Assembly: GCA_951406725.2 (NCBI GenBank)
Contig: OX597831.1
Location: 33,108,001 to 33,172,000 of the forward strand
Reading direction: 5' to 3'
From: Octopus vulgaris
Taxonomy: Eukaryota
DNA: 64,000 nt
This document shows positions 30,302 to 44,276 of the stretch, piece after piece (positions within the stretch are counted from its first letter, which is position 1; every line of letters begins with the position of its first letter). Position numbers and translations under genes: made by a program. The notes below the pieces were generated by a model, which did no database searches, was not told the origin of the DNA, and worked only from the letters and a program-made list of their open reading frames with translations.

Positions 30302-30359
30302 CATTATTATTATTATTATTATTAATATTATTATTATTGTTATTATTATTATTTTCATT

Positions 30360-31165
30360 CTCATCTTCTCTCAGTTATGTTTCCATCTCTTGCCGAGTGC
30401 CTTCCTGACACATAGGGCAGAGAAACGTACTGTGTACACTAGGAGGCCATTAAAATAAGCACAAAGTTATGTGTTAGAGTAAAAGGAAGAGAAACACAGA
30501 GAGAAAAAGGAAAAAGTAGCAAAGTAAACAAAGAAAATAAAAGGGGAAAAGAGAAAGAAAATCCACAGCGACAATCTTTCTTTTTACTCTAGGAACAAGG
30601 CCCGAAATTTTTGGGGAGGGGACCAGTAGATTAGATAAACCCCAGTACTTGACTGGTACTTAATCTATCGACCCCGAAAGGATGAAAGGCAAAGTCGAAC
30701 TCGGCGGATTTTGAGCTTAATAAAGACAATCTTTTGTATTTCCTGCATGGATGGTCAGCCAGGGATCATTTTAAAATAATTTTCAGTTCCTTTTTTGATC
30801 ACTCCAAGAACTCTTACAATCACTGGTATTGTAACCGTCTTGAGATGCCACATGTTTTCGATTTCGATTAGCAAATCTATATTTTCTGAGCTTATCAAAT
30901 TCTATTACCGAGATATTATGGTCACAGGGTTTGCTCATGGCAATCAATAAACAGACTTTATTGATTTTGTCTTTCACAACAATATCAGGTTTGTTTGCTT
31001 TGATGATCCGGTCTGTACTGGAAAGTCCCAAAGAATCATTACATTTTCTCCCTCAGTTACAGCCTCAGGGTGGTGCTTGTACCAATTGCCAGCGGTTTTG
31101 ATTTTATTATGCCGACACATTACCCGATGTAGATTTTGGCCAACTCTGTCATGTCTTGATTTGTA
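30360..31165 (-). mobile_element. Decayed R4/Dong-clade LINE 3' fragment interrupted by a family C SINE
   Basis: DRIIKANKPDIVVKDK...KLRKY matches the endonuclease region at 40260-41555. The 3'UTR at 30380-30450 matches 40120-40190. Adjoins (ATT)n. Confidence 0.75.
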
Positions 31166-31253
31166 TTGTATAGGTGCTCTTCTTCTTCTTCTTCTTCTTC
31201 TTCTTCTTCTTCTTCTTCTTCTTCTTCTTCTTCTTCTTCTTCTTCTTCTTCTT

Positions 31254-31284
<31 letters not shown>

Positions 31285-31733
31285 GTCAAGACGAAGAGCT
31301 CAATCCGATTGTAATAGATATTTTATTGGTTGAACGATATTTTGACAGTAAGTCTGTCTTTGTTAAATTCAAAATAAGAGGTGATAAAAATTCAAAATTA
31401 TAAAAATTTAAATGTAAAGTATGAATGAGAGCAATCAGCGTCCACACGTTGATGGAATGACATCATCGTCATGATAATGTTTATGGTGGTGTATATGGTT
31501 GAAGTGGAAGCAATGGCAATACTGCTGCTGATGTTGTTGTTGTTGTTGGTGGTGGTGGTGATTGTGATATGGTGGTAGTGGTGGTGGTGGTGGTCATCGT
31601 CGTCGTCGTAGTGCTGCTCCTGTTGGTTTGGCGGAGGTCTGCGCTCTCCGAGTGTTTTTTTAGTTATAATAATAATAATAACAACAACAACAATAATAAA
31701 AACAATAATAATAACAATAATAATAACAATAAC

Positions 31734-31786
<53 letters not shown>

Positions 31787-31876
31787 TAATAATAATAATT
31801 ATTATTATTATTGTTATTATTATTATTGTTATTGTTATTATTATTATTTTTATTATTGTTATTATTATTATTGTTA

Positions 31877-31945
<69 letters not shown>

Positions 31946-32230
31946 GTCACTAAACTTCTGATTTATCTGTCACGTCTCGGTTCTATCTCGCAGATTAGAA
32001 ATACAATACTTTTCTCAACGCAAGGGCTGTTCCAAGTGTTGCTGCCAATTGAATGCCCCCTTTGAAGTTTCGTATTTGCAGCTTTTGATGTCAGAATATT
32101 TCTCTCTTTTGGGAGTACAAAGCATTTCTTTTTTTACTTAATTTTGGGGCCAGTTTTGAGCATCTACTAATTATTATGTCTACTCAAAGATGATGCGGCT
32201 GCCTTATAAATGCTTCACTTGATTGAGTTT
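31946..32230 (-). mobile_element. Short R4/Dong-like ORF end next to (ATT)n
   Basis: Minus strand IQLAATLGTALALRKVL* resembles the C-terminus VQKIVLTGTSHVLRRAL of 40260-41555. Confidence 0.5.
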
Positions 32231-32255
32231 GTTCGTAAAACTTATTCTTGAGCCG

Positions 32256-32298
32256 TAATCCGACGATGGCTAAGACGGCCGAAACTTCGAAGTCACTG
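32256..32298 (+). ncRNA. HHR-like motif with CCGA core and palindromic stem III
   Basis: CCGACGA-U-GGC-UAAGACG-GCC-GAAAC-UUCGAA-GUC. ACUUCGAAGU is self-complementary. Stem I is poor. Confidence 0.45.
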
Positions 32299-32904
32299 TC
32301 AACAACATTCTTTCGTAAGAATCATATATATGTACACTTGTCGTTGAATGCTCGAAATGAGGAGTAGATAGACAGCCGACAACTGATGAAGGGTCGCTCT
32401 CTCTGTTTACTTGTCCTGTTTTTCCATTTTTCTCGTTGTTTGCATATTGAACTCGTTTGCTTTCGTACTTCATGCTGTTTACACAGTTGGTGACATCCTG
32501 TATTCATATATATATATACATGTATACACACATGCACGCGCGCACACACACACGCACAAACGCACACACGTACATATACACACACATATATACGCACACC
32601 CATATATCCACACACATACGTAAAGATAGGGAGACAATGAGAAAAGAGAAGAGAGAATAAAGAATACATTGAGAAGAAGTCAAAAATGCTTAAGAAGCTC
32701 ATTAAATCTTATTAACATTAGAAGAATTGGACGGAGGAAGCAGCTTGAGGGAGCTCTGTTCATAAAAGAACGTAGGCGAGATAGTGAAAACGTGTTGATG
32801 GATAGCAAAGACAGAAGCTAAAAGAACAAAATAAAATAAAATAAAGTATACGGTCATGAAGTCCAGATTATGCGTATTTAAATACAATAACAAATATATA
32901 TATA

Positions 32905-32969
<65 letters not shown>

Positions 32970-33059
32970 CAGTTCAGCAAAATTTAGATTCAGATGAAAA
33001 TGGTACTTAAGTTAAAGGCACCAGAATATACATTTTCAGTTTAATTGAAAATTTTTATA

Positions 33060-33147
33060 TGTGGCTGAAGATTGCTCGACATTTTAAAACTGATGTAATA
33101 CTTACGGTGTTTAATAAAATGAAGTAGCATGAAACAATTGTACTACA
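33060..33147 (+). ncRNA. Type-I hammerhead ribozyme in a ~214 bp cassette (32969-33182) between (TA)n arrays
   Basis: UGUGG-CUGAAGA-U-UGCU...CAUUUUA...UAAAAUG...AGCA-U-GAAAC-AAUU-GUA/CUACA. 5-bp stem I, palindromic ACAAUUGU stem III, predicted cleavage after 33142. Confidence 0.7.
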
Positions 33148-33177
33148 CTACCTTGGATATCTTTGTTGCTTATTTTG

Positions 33178-33229
<52 letters not shown>

Positions 33230-33253
33230 CAAAAATTATAAACATACACACAA

Positions 33254-33344
<91 letters not shown>

Positions 33345-33482
33345 AACAGATGGAGACAAAGGCTGAAGATTTTCAAGCGATGAATAGTTAAGTATAAATT
33401 TATAAATATTTATATTAATAACATTAACAGATCAAACAGAGCACAAGCGACAGAGAAGGGGAGGAAGTAATGTGTTATAAGT

Positions 33483-33605
33483 CCAACAGTTGTTTCTGGG
33501 TGCACGGAGATCCATCATAATGTTGGTAGATGTAGTTCACCATAATATGCAGGCCGTAGTGGAAGCAAATAAACGCTGGATAAATCGAGTCTCCATCATC
33601 AGGGT
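33483..33605 (-). ncRNA. HHR motif with extended stem II in a cassette whose 3' end joins (TA)n at ~33342
   Basis: Minus strand CC-CUGAUGA-UGG...CCA-GAAAC-AACU-GUU/GG. Confidence 0.55.
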
Positions 33606-34810
33606 AAAAAACATCTGACATTTCAGCTCCTGATGCAGAGAAGTTTAAAGGTGGAATTTTTAGATTTCAAATAAAAATGATACGAACATCTCATCTTATC
33701 TCTTCTTTATTACTCTGTCTTTGATGACTTGGGGATGTTACTCTCTAATAAGAATGTTGTTGCTGTTTCATAATGGTGGCAGTTAGCATCGATCATCTTG
33801 GAACACTTAATGAGAAAATAACGATTCATTAGTCCCTGATATCAGTGTTGTTCACCGGCATCGGCTGCGGTTAGAACACCAAACCCGAGGAAACTTCTTC
33901 TAATACGATATTCAGTTTCAGCCATCTTGTATAGTTTAGCTACTTCGTTGAGCGTGACATTCGAAAGGTCATTTTCGGTTTGTGAAAAGCAGTCGTTATT
34001 TTGTTCCTATTTCTCGTATGTTGATGAACTTCCGTCGTCGTTCGACGATGAAGAATCGGTGTCTTAGTTCTTCAATCAACAGAATTATTTGCACGGGAAT
34101 TAATGCATGAATAGCTGAGTACTCCACAGACACGTGAGTATTGCCTTATGGTAATTCTCAGGTAGAATCAGCAAGACATAGCATATGACAACGTTACACC
34201 TTCCGAATTACTGGTACAATCCACCTGAGCGGATTCTACAGAGTTTTTATCTACCCTAATTTCACTCACTAGGTATGAGTCGACCCAAGGCTATGGAAAA
34301 AAGTTATATTTGGCCAAGACACCACGCTTTGAGACCGAACCCGATAACGTTGTTGCAAAGCGCATATTCTTAGTCATCTACAATAGAATTATATGCTTAC
34401 TATAAAGTTTTAAAACAAATATTAAAAAAAAAAGTTAATATAATGCGGGCGTGGCTGTGTAGGAATAAATTTGCTTCCCAACTAAATGGTTACGGGTTCG
34501 ATCCTACTGCATGGTACCTATTTCTTTATTATCCACAAGGGGCTAAACACAGAGGGGACAAACAAGGACAGACATAAGTATTAAGTCGATTATATCGACC
34601 CCTGTGCGTAACTGGTACTTAATTTATCGACCCCGAAAGGAAGAAAGGCAAAGTCGACCTCGGCGGAATTTCAACTCAGAACGTAACGACAGACGTTGGT
34701 ACCTTGGGCAAATGGTACCTTGGGCAAATGTCTTCTACTATAGCCTCGGGCCGATGAACGCCTTGTGAGTGGATTTGGTAGGCGGAAACTGAAAGAAGCC
34801 CGTATATATA

Positions 34811-34880
<70 letters not shown>

Positions 34881-34984
34881 TATTTATATGTGTGTCTATG
34901 TCTGTTCCTGCCTCCACCGCTTAACAACTGTAACCATAGCTGTTTGACAAAAAGTGACGATAGAATGAGTAGATTGTCTTCTGT

Positions 34985-35062
<78 letters not shown>

Positions 35063-35653
35063 CCTATCTATCTATCTATCTCGCCATCTTCATACATAGT
35101 TTAAAGTCTTGTGTTTTGAAACAAAACTGAAAATCAGAGAGAGAGACACAGCGTTTTGAAACTGCCTCTGTGAATTTCATGCCATTTTTCTGCTCATGGC
35201 CAGATCACTATTAAAGAATGTGAACAACAGCGAACCCACTTCAATCGGGTCGAGAATTACCCCCACCTCCTTTGCTGATAACGGCCATAAAACCGACAAT
35301 AATAGATCGCTGAAATGCAGGTATTTGCAAAAAACTGGTAGGGGGAGACAACCTTTACATATTAATATTTTTTTCCTACTCAATAACCACCGCCATTAAC
35401 ATTTTCTTAGCGCGTACAACATGAATATTTGGCAAATTTACTCTCTCGTAAATTCAATTATTACGTGAAAATTATTTTTTAAGAACCTCCCTCCCTCCCC
35501 ACAAACAAAAAATTCTTAAAAAGCATAAATGATGAATATTAGAATTATTATTTATTATTTACGCAAGTTTGTTTCTTTAATTACATATATGTGTGCGTGC
35601 GTGTGTGTGTGTGTGTGTATCTGTGTGAACATTATGCATGTATAATATGTATA

Positions 35654-35707
<54 letters not shown>

Positions 35708-35735
35708 GACATATTTACACACATATATATATATA

Positions 35736-35767
<32 letters not shown>

Positions 35768-35951
35768 CTTTAAACGATACATGCACACACACACACACAC
35801 ACACACATACACACACACATATATATATATACATACATACATACATACATGTGTGTGTGTGCGTGAGTGTTTGTCAGCCTTTCGTTTTATTTCAATAACT
35901 TTTTTTGCAACTACCACGAACCTCTTTCTTGCAAAAGAAAAAGAAAGACGA

Positions 35952-36003
<52 letters not shown>

Positions 36004-36656
36004 AAATAAATATTAAAAAAAAAAGAAAAGAAATAAATATCAACCGAACAGAAATTGAATTAAAAATAAAGTACGACCAAGTAATAGAAGATTAGTTATC
36101 AGCTGGTCGCGAGTTCAATTTCATTTAACACCGTAGGAGTATTTCGTTGTCATTCTCCTGTTTAATTATGCAGCAGGTCCATGGTTGTTTCCCTTAACTA
36201 GGGGCTTCGTGTTTTGGTTTTCTTTTTGTCCTCGTCCTTTTTTTAATATTTTTTTGTCACGTTTTTTTTATATATATTAGTTGAAAATTGCGTTTGCAAG
36301 AGTATTTATGCATGCATATATGTGTGTGTATGTGAGTGTACATATATACAAATGTATATATACATATCTATATATGTGTGTGTACATATATGCATATGCA
36401 TATATGAATACATATGTGTGTGTGTATACAATTATATACATATATACATGTCTATGTGAATGTACACATATGTAGGTTTATATATACATACATACATAAA
36501 GATGTATTGTACATATATATGTCTAAGTTATATGCATGTGTGTGTGTGTGCGCGAGCGCGCAGCTACGTGTAAGTTTCTATAAATGAAAAACCACGTAAT
36601 TGAGTATACAGAAAAAAATACGTTTCTGCCAATAGATTCTACACACTTTAATTTGG

Positions 36657-36817
<161 letters not shown>

Positions 36818-36822
36818 GTATG

Positions 36823-36905
<83 letters not shown>

Positions 36906-37513
36906 GTGCGTGAGTGTGTGTGTGAGTTCTTATGTTTTTGAGGTTCATGGGTGGAGGGATGGAGCTGTGATCTGGCGGAGTTTAGGGGTTAACAGAAGAT
37001 AATCTTAAAGCTGTTGCTTTCTTCCTCCCAAACTTTGTACATCCAGAAAAAAAAACATATCGTGTGGATTTTTTTTTGATTAACAATCAGTTAATCAGAC
37101 TAAAACATTCTAAATATAATATCATCAGCAACAAAAACAAAATTAAGGACAGCACTGATGGTTGCAATAATAGCAGTGGTAGTAATAACGATATCGTGTA
37201 TAAGAAAATAAGATGGCGGCGATGATAGCGATAATGATGATGATGTTGACGACGACGACGATGATGATGCCGATGATGATGATGATAGTGGTGGTGCTGG
37301 TGGTGGTTGTGATGAAGAGGATGAAGACGATGATGGCGACAAAGATGATATGATGATGAATTAAAAGAGGCAGGTAGAGTAGGGGAAGTGGTAGTAGTAG
37401 TAGTAGTAGTAGTAGTAGCAGCGGAAAAAGAAGGAAGTACCCCAGTAAAAAAAGCAGATACTAGATAAAATAGAAAAGGTCATCAGAAGATCAATTAATA
37501 AAATTAGTTACGG

Positions 37514-37570
<57 letters not shown>

Positions 37571-37606
37571 TACTGTTGTTGTTGTTGTTGTTGTTGTTGT
37601 TGATGA

Positions 37607-37641
<35 letters not shown>

Positions 37642-38227
37642 TTTACTTATACGAAAATACCAACATTTTAGAAACGTCTAAAAAAAATTATTTTTATTCT
37701 AAGACAAATATTTCTTTTAAAACTCGTATTTTTTCACATTCTTTTTTTCGTATTGCATTTTTCTGACGAAAGTTGTATTTTATGGAATTTAAATTCCGCC
37801 GAGGTCAACTTTGCCGTTCATACTTTCGGGTTTGATAAAAAAATAAAAGTTCCAGTCAAGGATTGAGGTCAAAATAATCGACTTGTCCCCTGCCGTCAAA
37901 AACTGCTGGTCCTGTGCTCGACACACTCACAGGGTCCCTACATAAGGGTTATTATTTAAGGGTGATGAACGAAACACCCATTTTTCCAGAGGTGAATAAT
38001 TCAAACTCCAAAGAATTCCTCTCAACACATGACCATGATGCTTCACCACTGCTTCTGCTCGTGATCAGAGATGCACATATCATCGTCAGCCACCAAGGGA
38101 TATGCTCAACTGGTGAAGGACAAACAATTGACAACAAATCTGTGGTACTAAGCAGAATATTTGTTGTAGCCCACCTTTTATACCAAGACAAGACTTGTAC
38201 ATGATAATATTTCCAATCAATTAAGAT

Positions 38228-38331
<104 letters not shown>

Positions 38332-38340
38332 TGATGATGA

Positions 38341-38665
38341 TAGAATATCTACAGAACTGGACTCCTTAGAAGAGCAAAAGTGGGAGGGTGTCAAGGTAGA
38401 AGATATAAGATCTGCTCTCAGGAGGTCAAGCAAATGGAAGTCTCCAGGAAAAGATAAAATTCCTAACTTCTGGTTGAATGCCTTCCCAGAGAGCCATGAG
38501 CTGCTAACAGAACTTTACAATGATGTTTTGCAACACCCTAGTAGGGTGCCTCCTTGACTAGTTAATGGGTTAACATTCCTGCTTCCAAAAAGTGAAGAAA
38601 CAAATGAACCAAAAACTATAGACCCATAACCTGCTTAACAACTATGTATAAAACGCTAACATCTG
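38341..38665 (+). mobile_element. R4/Dong-clade LINE fragment (start of RT)
   Basis: Reads KWKSPGKDKIPNFWL...TFLLPKS...PKNYRPITCLTTMYKTLTS with one in-frame stop. Preceded by (AAT)n. Confidence 0.75.
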
Positions 38666-39160
38666 ATCTTGAGCTGCTATGATAAACCCTTCTGTTTCAG
38701 ATTTTAAGCCAGAGGCCATTAGCCATTGATGGGTCTGGGCTTTGTCAACATCTGCATTATTCGCTCTCTTTGGGTATTTGCCATAGAGAGGTTTTTCTTG
38801 CCATTTATCATTCAGAATATCTAAGGCAGCAGTTTTAGCACGGGTTTTCATGCGTTTAGCTTTTTCTGTGCTTGTTTTTTGTATGTCTAATTCCGAAATT
38901 TGTCGTATTCGGAATTCACTTAGATATTCCTTTGCCTGTTTTGTTACTGAGTATGATGCTTTCTTGTTTTCATGTTTTGAGACAAGTTTTAACATCCAGT
39001 CCTCAGAATTTTTCAGGTAGGTGTCTAGGCCAATTGTAGCAATCTTCATTGTTATTGCCAGTTGTAAAAGTCCACGGCCCCCTTCTTTTCTTGGCAGATA
39101 AAGTCGTTCTATATCTGCCTTAGGGTGGTGCATTCTATGCATTGTCAACAGTTTTCGTAT
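38662..39160 (-). mobile_element. R4/Dong-clade LINE fragment (post-RT region)
   Basis: MHHPKADIERLYLPRKEGGRGL...GLKSETEGFIIAAQDQ, paralogous to 40260-41555. Confidence 0.85.
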
Positions 39161-39175
39161 TATTATTATTATTGA

Positions 39176-39540
39176 TATCCTAAGCGAAAGAGGTTGCGCG
39201 GTGGAACAGACTGAAAAGGCTGGAGACAGACATCTTGCTCTTCGGCCAAGCTCTGATCAACCTTTCCCAAGTTTCCCCTGAAAAAGAAAGTAACGATGGA
39301 GAGGGAAGTTCTTCCCTCCAGCAATTTTGATAAAAGGTGGGTGAATATCGCAAGAATGGCTCGAGTGAATGGGCCTACTCTTAGGATTCGCCTGTAGACA
39401 AAATGGAGAGGGTGCTTAATTTTTGAGAGCGGTCGGGTTCATTTTTAGTATTCTCGTTTGTGAGAGCAGTTGAGTTTATTGCAGATATTCTCATTTTAAA
39501 AAGCATCTCTGGCTAATTGTTGAGAGGATGTTGGTGTTGC
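39176..39540 (+). mobile_element. Tx1-like LINE C-terminal fragment
   Basis: Encodes WNRLKRLET...KRWVNIARMARVN, matching the C-terminus of the 9496-10612 element. Related 3' tails end at ~40050 and ~42100. Confidence 0.65.
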
Positions 39541-39542
39541 TC

Positions 39543-39627
<85 letters not shown>

Positions 39628-40091
39628 GATGGTGAGCTGACAGAATCGTCAGCACCCCGGGCAAAATGCTTCGCAGCATTTCGTCCACTGAGGTCCACTT
39701 TACCGTTCATCCTTTCGGGGTGCACTCACAGCCCTCTGCCATTTGAGCAATGCGGTCGGTGCAAGTCCCACATTGGGATTCTATAGGGGATTAGTGGCGC
39801 GCAGGTGCGACCCCGTTCTCGGGGGGAACTCAGGGCATCGGAAGAGATCAATTTTTCTGGTCTTTTAGGAGGAATTTTGGGATAGGGTCTTGGATAATTT
39901 CCACGCTGGGGAATTTTTATTGTTTAATTGTTTTGTTATTTGTTTTTGCTACTTATTGTAAACACGGTATTGTTCAACATCCCACTTGTCCCTTGTATTG
40001 TATTGACCTTTTTTGTTTTGGGTTCGGCTCTTGTGGCCAATAAAAGAAAATGTTTTTATGTTGTTGTTGTTATTATTATTATTATTATTAT

Positions 40092-41616
40092 CTTTTTTTC
40101 TTCCTCTTTCAAATTTGCTTCCATTTCTTGCCGAGTGTCTTCCCGACTCCTAGGGCAAAGAAACTCATAGTATACATTGGTAGGCCATTAAACTAGACTC
40201 ACTAGTTCGTTCATTTTTTTTTTTTAAATTAAATTAAAATACATGGGTAGTAATAGTTCTCACATCGACAATGCTCTTCTCAATACGTGTGATGTACCAG
40301 TTAAGACAATCTTTTGCACTTCTTGCAGGGATGGTAAGCCAGGGATCATTCTCATATAATTTTCGGTTCCCTTCTTGATCATTCCTAGTGCTCCTACGAT
40401 CACTGGTATTGTAACCGCCTTGAGATGCCACATTTTCTCAATTTCAATGAGCAGGTCTTTATATTTTCTGAGCTTGTCAAACTCTTTCGCCGAGATATTA
40501 TGATCACAGGGGATGCTCATGTCGATCAATAAGCAAACTTTATTGTTTTGGTCTTTCACAACAATATCCAGTTTATTGGCTTTGATGGTTCGGTCTGTAT
40601 GTACTGGAAAGTCCCACAGAATCGTTACATTTTCTCCTTCAGTTACAGCTTCAGGGTGGTGATTATACCACTTGTCGGCAGTTTTGATATTGTAATGCCG
40701 ACTTATTAGCCAGTGTAGATATTGGCCAAATCTGTCATGTCTTAATTTATACTCCACTGGTGCTAAGACTTTATATCCAGAGATTAGGTGGTCCACTGTT
40801 TCAATCATGTCGTTGCAGAATCGGCATTTTGGGTCTGCTCCATTTTTCATTACATTGGCCTGGTAGTTCCGGGTTAATAGGCTTTGATCTTGAGCAGCCA
40901 GGATGAAACCTTCGCTCTCTGCTTTTAGCCCTGAGCTCCGTAGCCACTGATGGGTTTGCTTCTGGTCAACATCAGCTTGTTTGCTGCGGGCCACATATTT
41001 GCTGTGCAGAGGTTTCTCCTCCCACCTATCAGCCAATTGCTCGTGCGCTTTTTTCGTTGCCATTATTTTCACCTTCTTTGCAACAATAGTTGCCGTACTT
41101 CCCTCGGGTTGTTCAGTTTGGGTATCCTGCACGAGATCAATAGCAAATTTTTTGCTTTCCTTTATGATAGAATGAAGCTTCTTTCGTCTCTCGTGATTTT
41201 CCACGAGCTTTAGCATCCATTCATTCGTTATTTCAAGATATTTGGCCAGTCCAATTGTGGTTGTTTTATAAGCTAGTTCAAATTGGATCAGGCCTCGACC
41301 TCCTTGGGCTCTGGGGAGGTAGAGGCGATCTACGTCTGCCTTTGGGTGGTGCATCCTATTACAACTCAGCAGCTTGCGTATTTTCCTATCTATATTCTTT
41401 ACTTCACTCATATTCCAGTTCAACACATTGTAGCTATAAGTAACAACTGGAACTGCTAAGGAATTTATAGCTAACACCTTGTTACGTGCATTTAGTTCAG
41501 ATTTCAGGACTGCACGAACTCTCCTATAACATTCCTTCCTGATCTTCTCTTTCATGCTTGCATGTTGAATATCAGAGCCTTCATTTATCCCTAAATATTT
41601 GTATGTTTGTTCTTGT
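40092..41616 (-). mobile_element. 5'-truncated R4/Dong-clade LINE (RT end, CCHC knuckle, restriction-like endonuclease) within (TAA)n
   Basis: Motifs YKYLG, RLYLPRAQGGRGL, CRFC...ETVDHLISG, RHD and KLDIV...IDMSIP. 431-aa open frame. (ATT)n on both flanks. Confidence 0.9.
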
Positions 41617-41665
41617 TATTATTATTATTATTATTGAAAAAATTATTATTATTATTATAATTATA

Positions 41666-41701
<36 letters not shown>

Positions 41702-42102
41702 ATTATTATTATTATTATTATGATTATTGTTACTACTATTATTATTGAGTGAGAGAGCAGTGCATGCCATCAAAGTGACACTGGGGTAAAATATACGAAG
41801 CCCAGTATACCCATCATAACTACCCATCTGATAAGGGTACACCTGTAAAAAAAAAGGTATTATATAAGGAGAAAGTGCTTTCTACCCCTTTTTGACCAGG
41901 CTCCCGTGGTTTTTATGGGATTTTCCACGAGTAACCTTTCGAAGCGCTATTGGGAGTTTTATTTGTTATATTTTTCGTTGTTATTTTGAATGTTTACACG
42001 GACCTTTCATTCGGACAAAGCCCTTTGTACTTTTCGTCCTGTCTTTGTCCTTACATGTTTTCTTGATTTTTGTTAGCCCTTGTGGCTAATAAAGCAGAAT
42101 TA

Positions 42103-42185
<83 letters not shown>

Positions 42186-43135
42186 TACTACTACTACTAC
42201 TACTATTAGTGCCTTGCTTCTGTTACTGTTTTTCTTTTTTTTCATTTGTTTTTGTTTTTTATTATCTTCCATATTTTGCTCCTTCAGGACGTGTTTATTT
42301 CATTTCATTATATTTTCTTTCTGAATTTCTTTTTTGTTCCTGTCGGTTTTAGAGTGTTCGGCCTGTTTAAGTAGGTGTTTAGTTCGGAATGCTAAAGGAG
42401 AGAACGGTTTGAAAAGTCTTTTAGAAAGAATATTGCGTTTTTTTCTTTAAAATTCATTTATATTTATATTATTTCTATATTTATTTATCTTTCTTGTTTT
42501 GTACTTATTTTTATTTTGTAATTGTATGTCTATTGTCAGAATTAGTCATTGGACTGCACCCCGAAAGTAATAATTGATACAATGGATGGGAGCATGGGAG
42601 CGGGTAATGAGGTGAGAGGAGTCAAAGGTGGGAAAGGGGGGAAAGGGGACAAGTTATTTTTTCGTCTTTTTTTTAACGAACTAAAATATGCTGGAATTTG
42701 TGTGGAATTTGTTTAAAGACTTCTTGTAACCTCTTAATCCAATAAAACGAAACTTAAAGATGGCAGTCAATCATGTCGTCATTGCTGTTGTCATCGTCGT
42801 CATCGTCATGATGCTGATGATCATTGTCATCATTGTCGTCGTCATCATCATCATTATCATCATAGTCGTCGTTGTCGTCATCATCGTCGTCACCATGATC
42901 ATTACCATCATCGTTATGATCATCATTGTTGTCATCGTTAGTATCGTCATCACCATCATCATCCATATCATTACTAACATCACCATTGTCGTCGTCGTCA
43001 TCATCATCATCATCATCATCATTATCAACATCATCAACACCATTATCTACATCATCGTTGTCGGCGGTGGCGACGGCGTCACCATCACCACGACCAGAAC
43101 CAGTACCACCAACACCTACATCATTATCATCGTCG

Positions 43136-43178
<43 letters not shown>

Positions 43179-43305
43179 TGTCATAGCCTTTTTTTTTTTT
43201 ACATGTTTTGTGTTTTTTTACCCACGCAAATTCCAACGTGTGGAGTTTCAATGCAGTAAGCTCCTCCTACAACAGAACGACTGGACTGCCAACAGTAGTA
43301 CAAGC

Positions 43306-43351
<46 letters not shown>

Positions 43352-44242
43352 GTGCGTATCTTTGTATCTGTTTCCCCCACCATTGCCGTTTGAGAAGCGG
43401 TATTGATGCATTTACGTCCTCATAACCTAGCGATTCAGCAAAAGACACCGGTCGAATAAGTAGCTGACTTTTTAAAAATAAGTACTGGGGTCGATTCATT
43501 CGACTAGAAATTCTCCAATCCAGTGCCCCAGCATGGCCGCTGTCCAGGCTGAAACAGATAAAAGATTTAAAAAATATATATGTGTGTGTCTATGCGTGTG
43601 TGTATGTATATATGTATGTTTGTGTAAGTCTCAGTGTACTTGTATGTATATATATATTGTATGTGTGTGTGCACGTTTTCGTCCCAATGTCTCATGGCTT
43701 CACAATCTGTGTTGGTTTGTTTGTTTAACTTAGCAGTTCTGAAATATGAAACCGACAAAAATAAGCAACATCCTTACGCTTAAATATTGTGTGATTTCAT
43801 CGACTAAACATCTCAAAGTGGTGCCACAGTATGGCCTTTGCCCGATACCTAAAACCGGTGAATGGCTAACAGATTATATATATATAATTTCTGTAATTTC
43901 TGTCCCTTCTGGCTCCTTTACTGATGAGCGCGTTGGCCTTTTGGAAGATTGACTTGATTGAGTTTAATTTAATTTAATCAGGCTGGTTTGCCATTAAAAA
44001 ACGCCGAAACAATGCATTGTCTAAAGAAGAACAGGGTAAATGTTTTTTAATTTTTCCTTAGATTTCGGAATTACTACTATTTGCGGTTGGAGCCCTGGCT
44101 GCTATTTCTAGTGGGTCGAACGGCCTATTGTAGCCGTTCCTCAATTGTTGTTGAATTTATATATATATATATATATATAAGCATATTATTTAGGCGGCAA
44201 ATCCAGACGGTAAATTATTGTCACTTCCGCTATCTTCCTTAC

Positions 44243-44276
44243 GATCAGACGAAGGACAACAATCCGAAACGTAATG
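44243..44276 (+). ncRNA. Degenerate minimal HHR motif
   Basis: AU-CAGACGA-A-GGA-CAACAA-UCC-GAAACGUA/AU, with core U4 changed to A. Lies downstream of a (TA)n tract. Confidence 0.4.

Noticed and set aside
42754-43251. Asp-rich 165-aa ORF
   Set aside because: Degenerate (ATC/GTC)n trinucleotide array with no splice or domain evidence.
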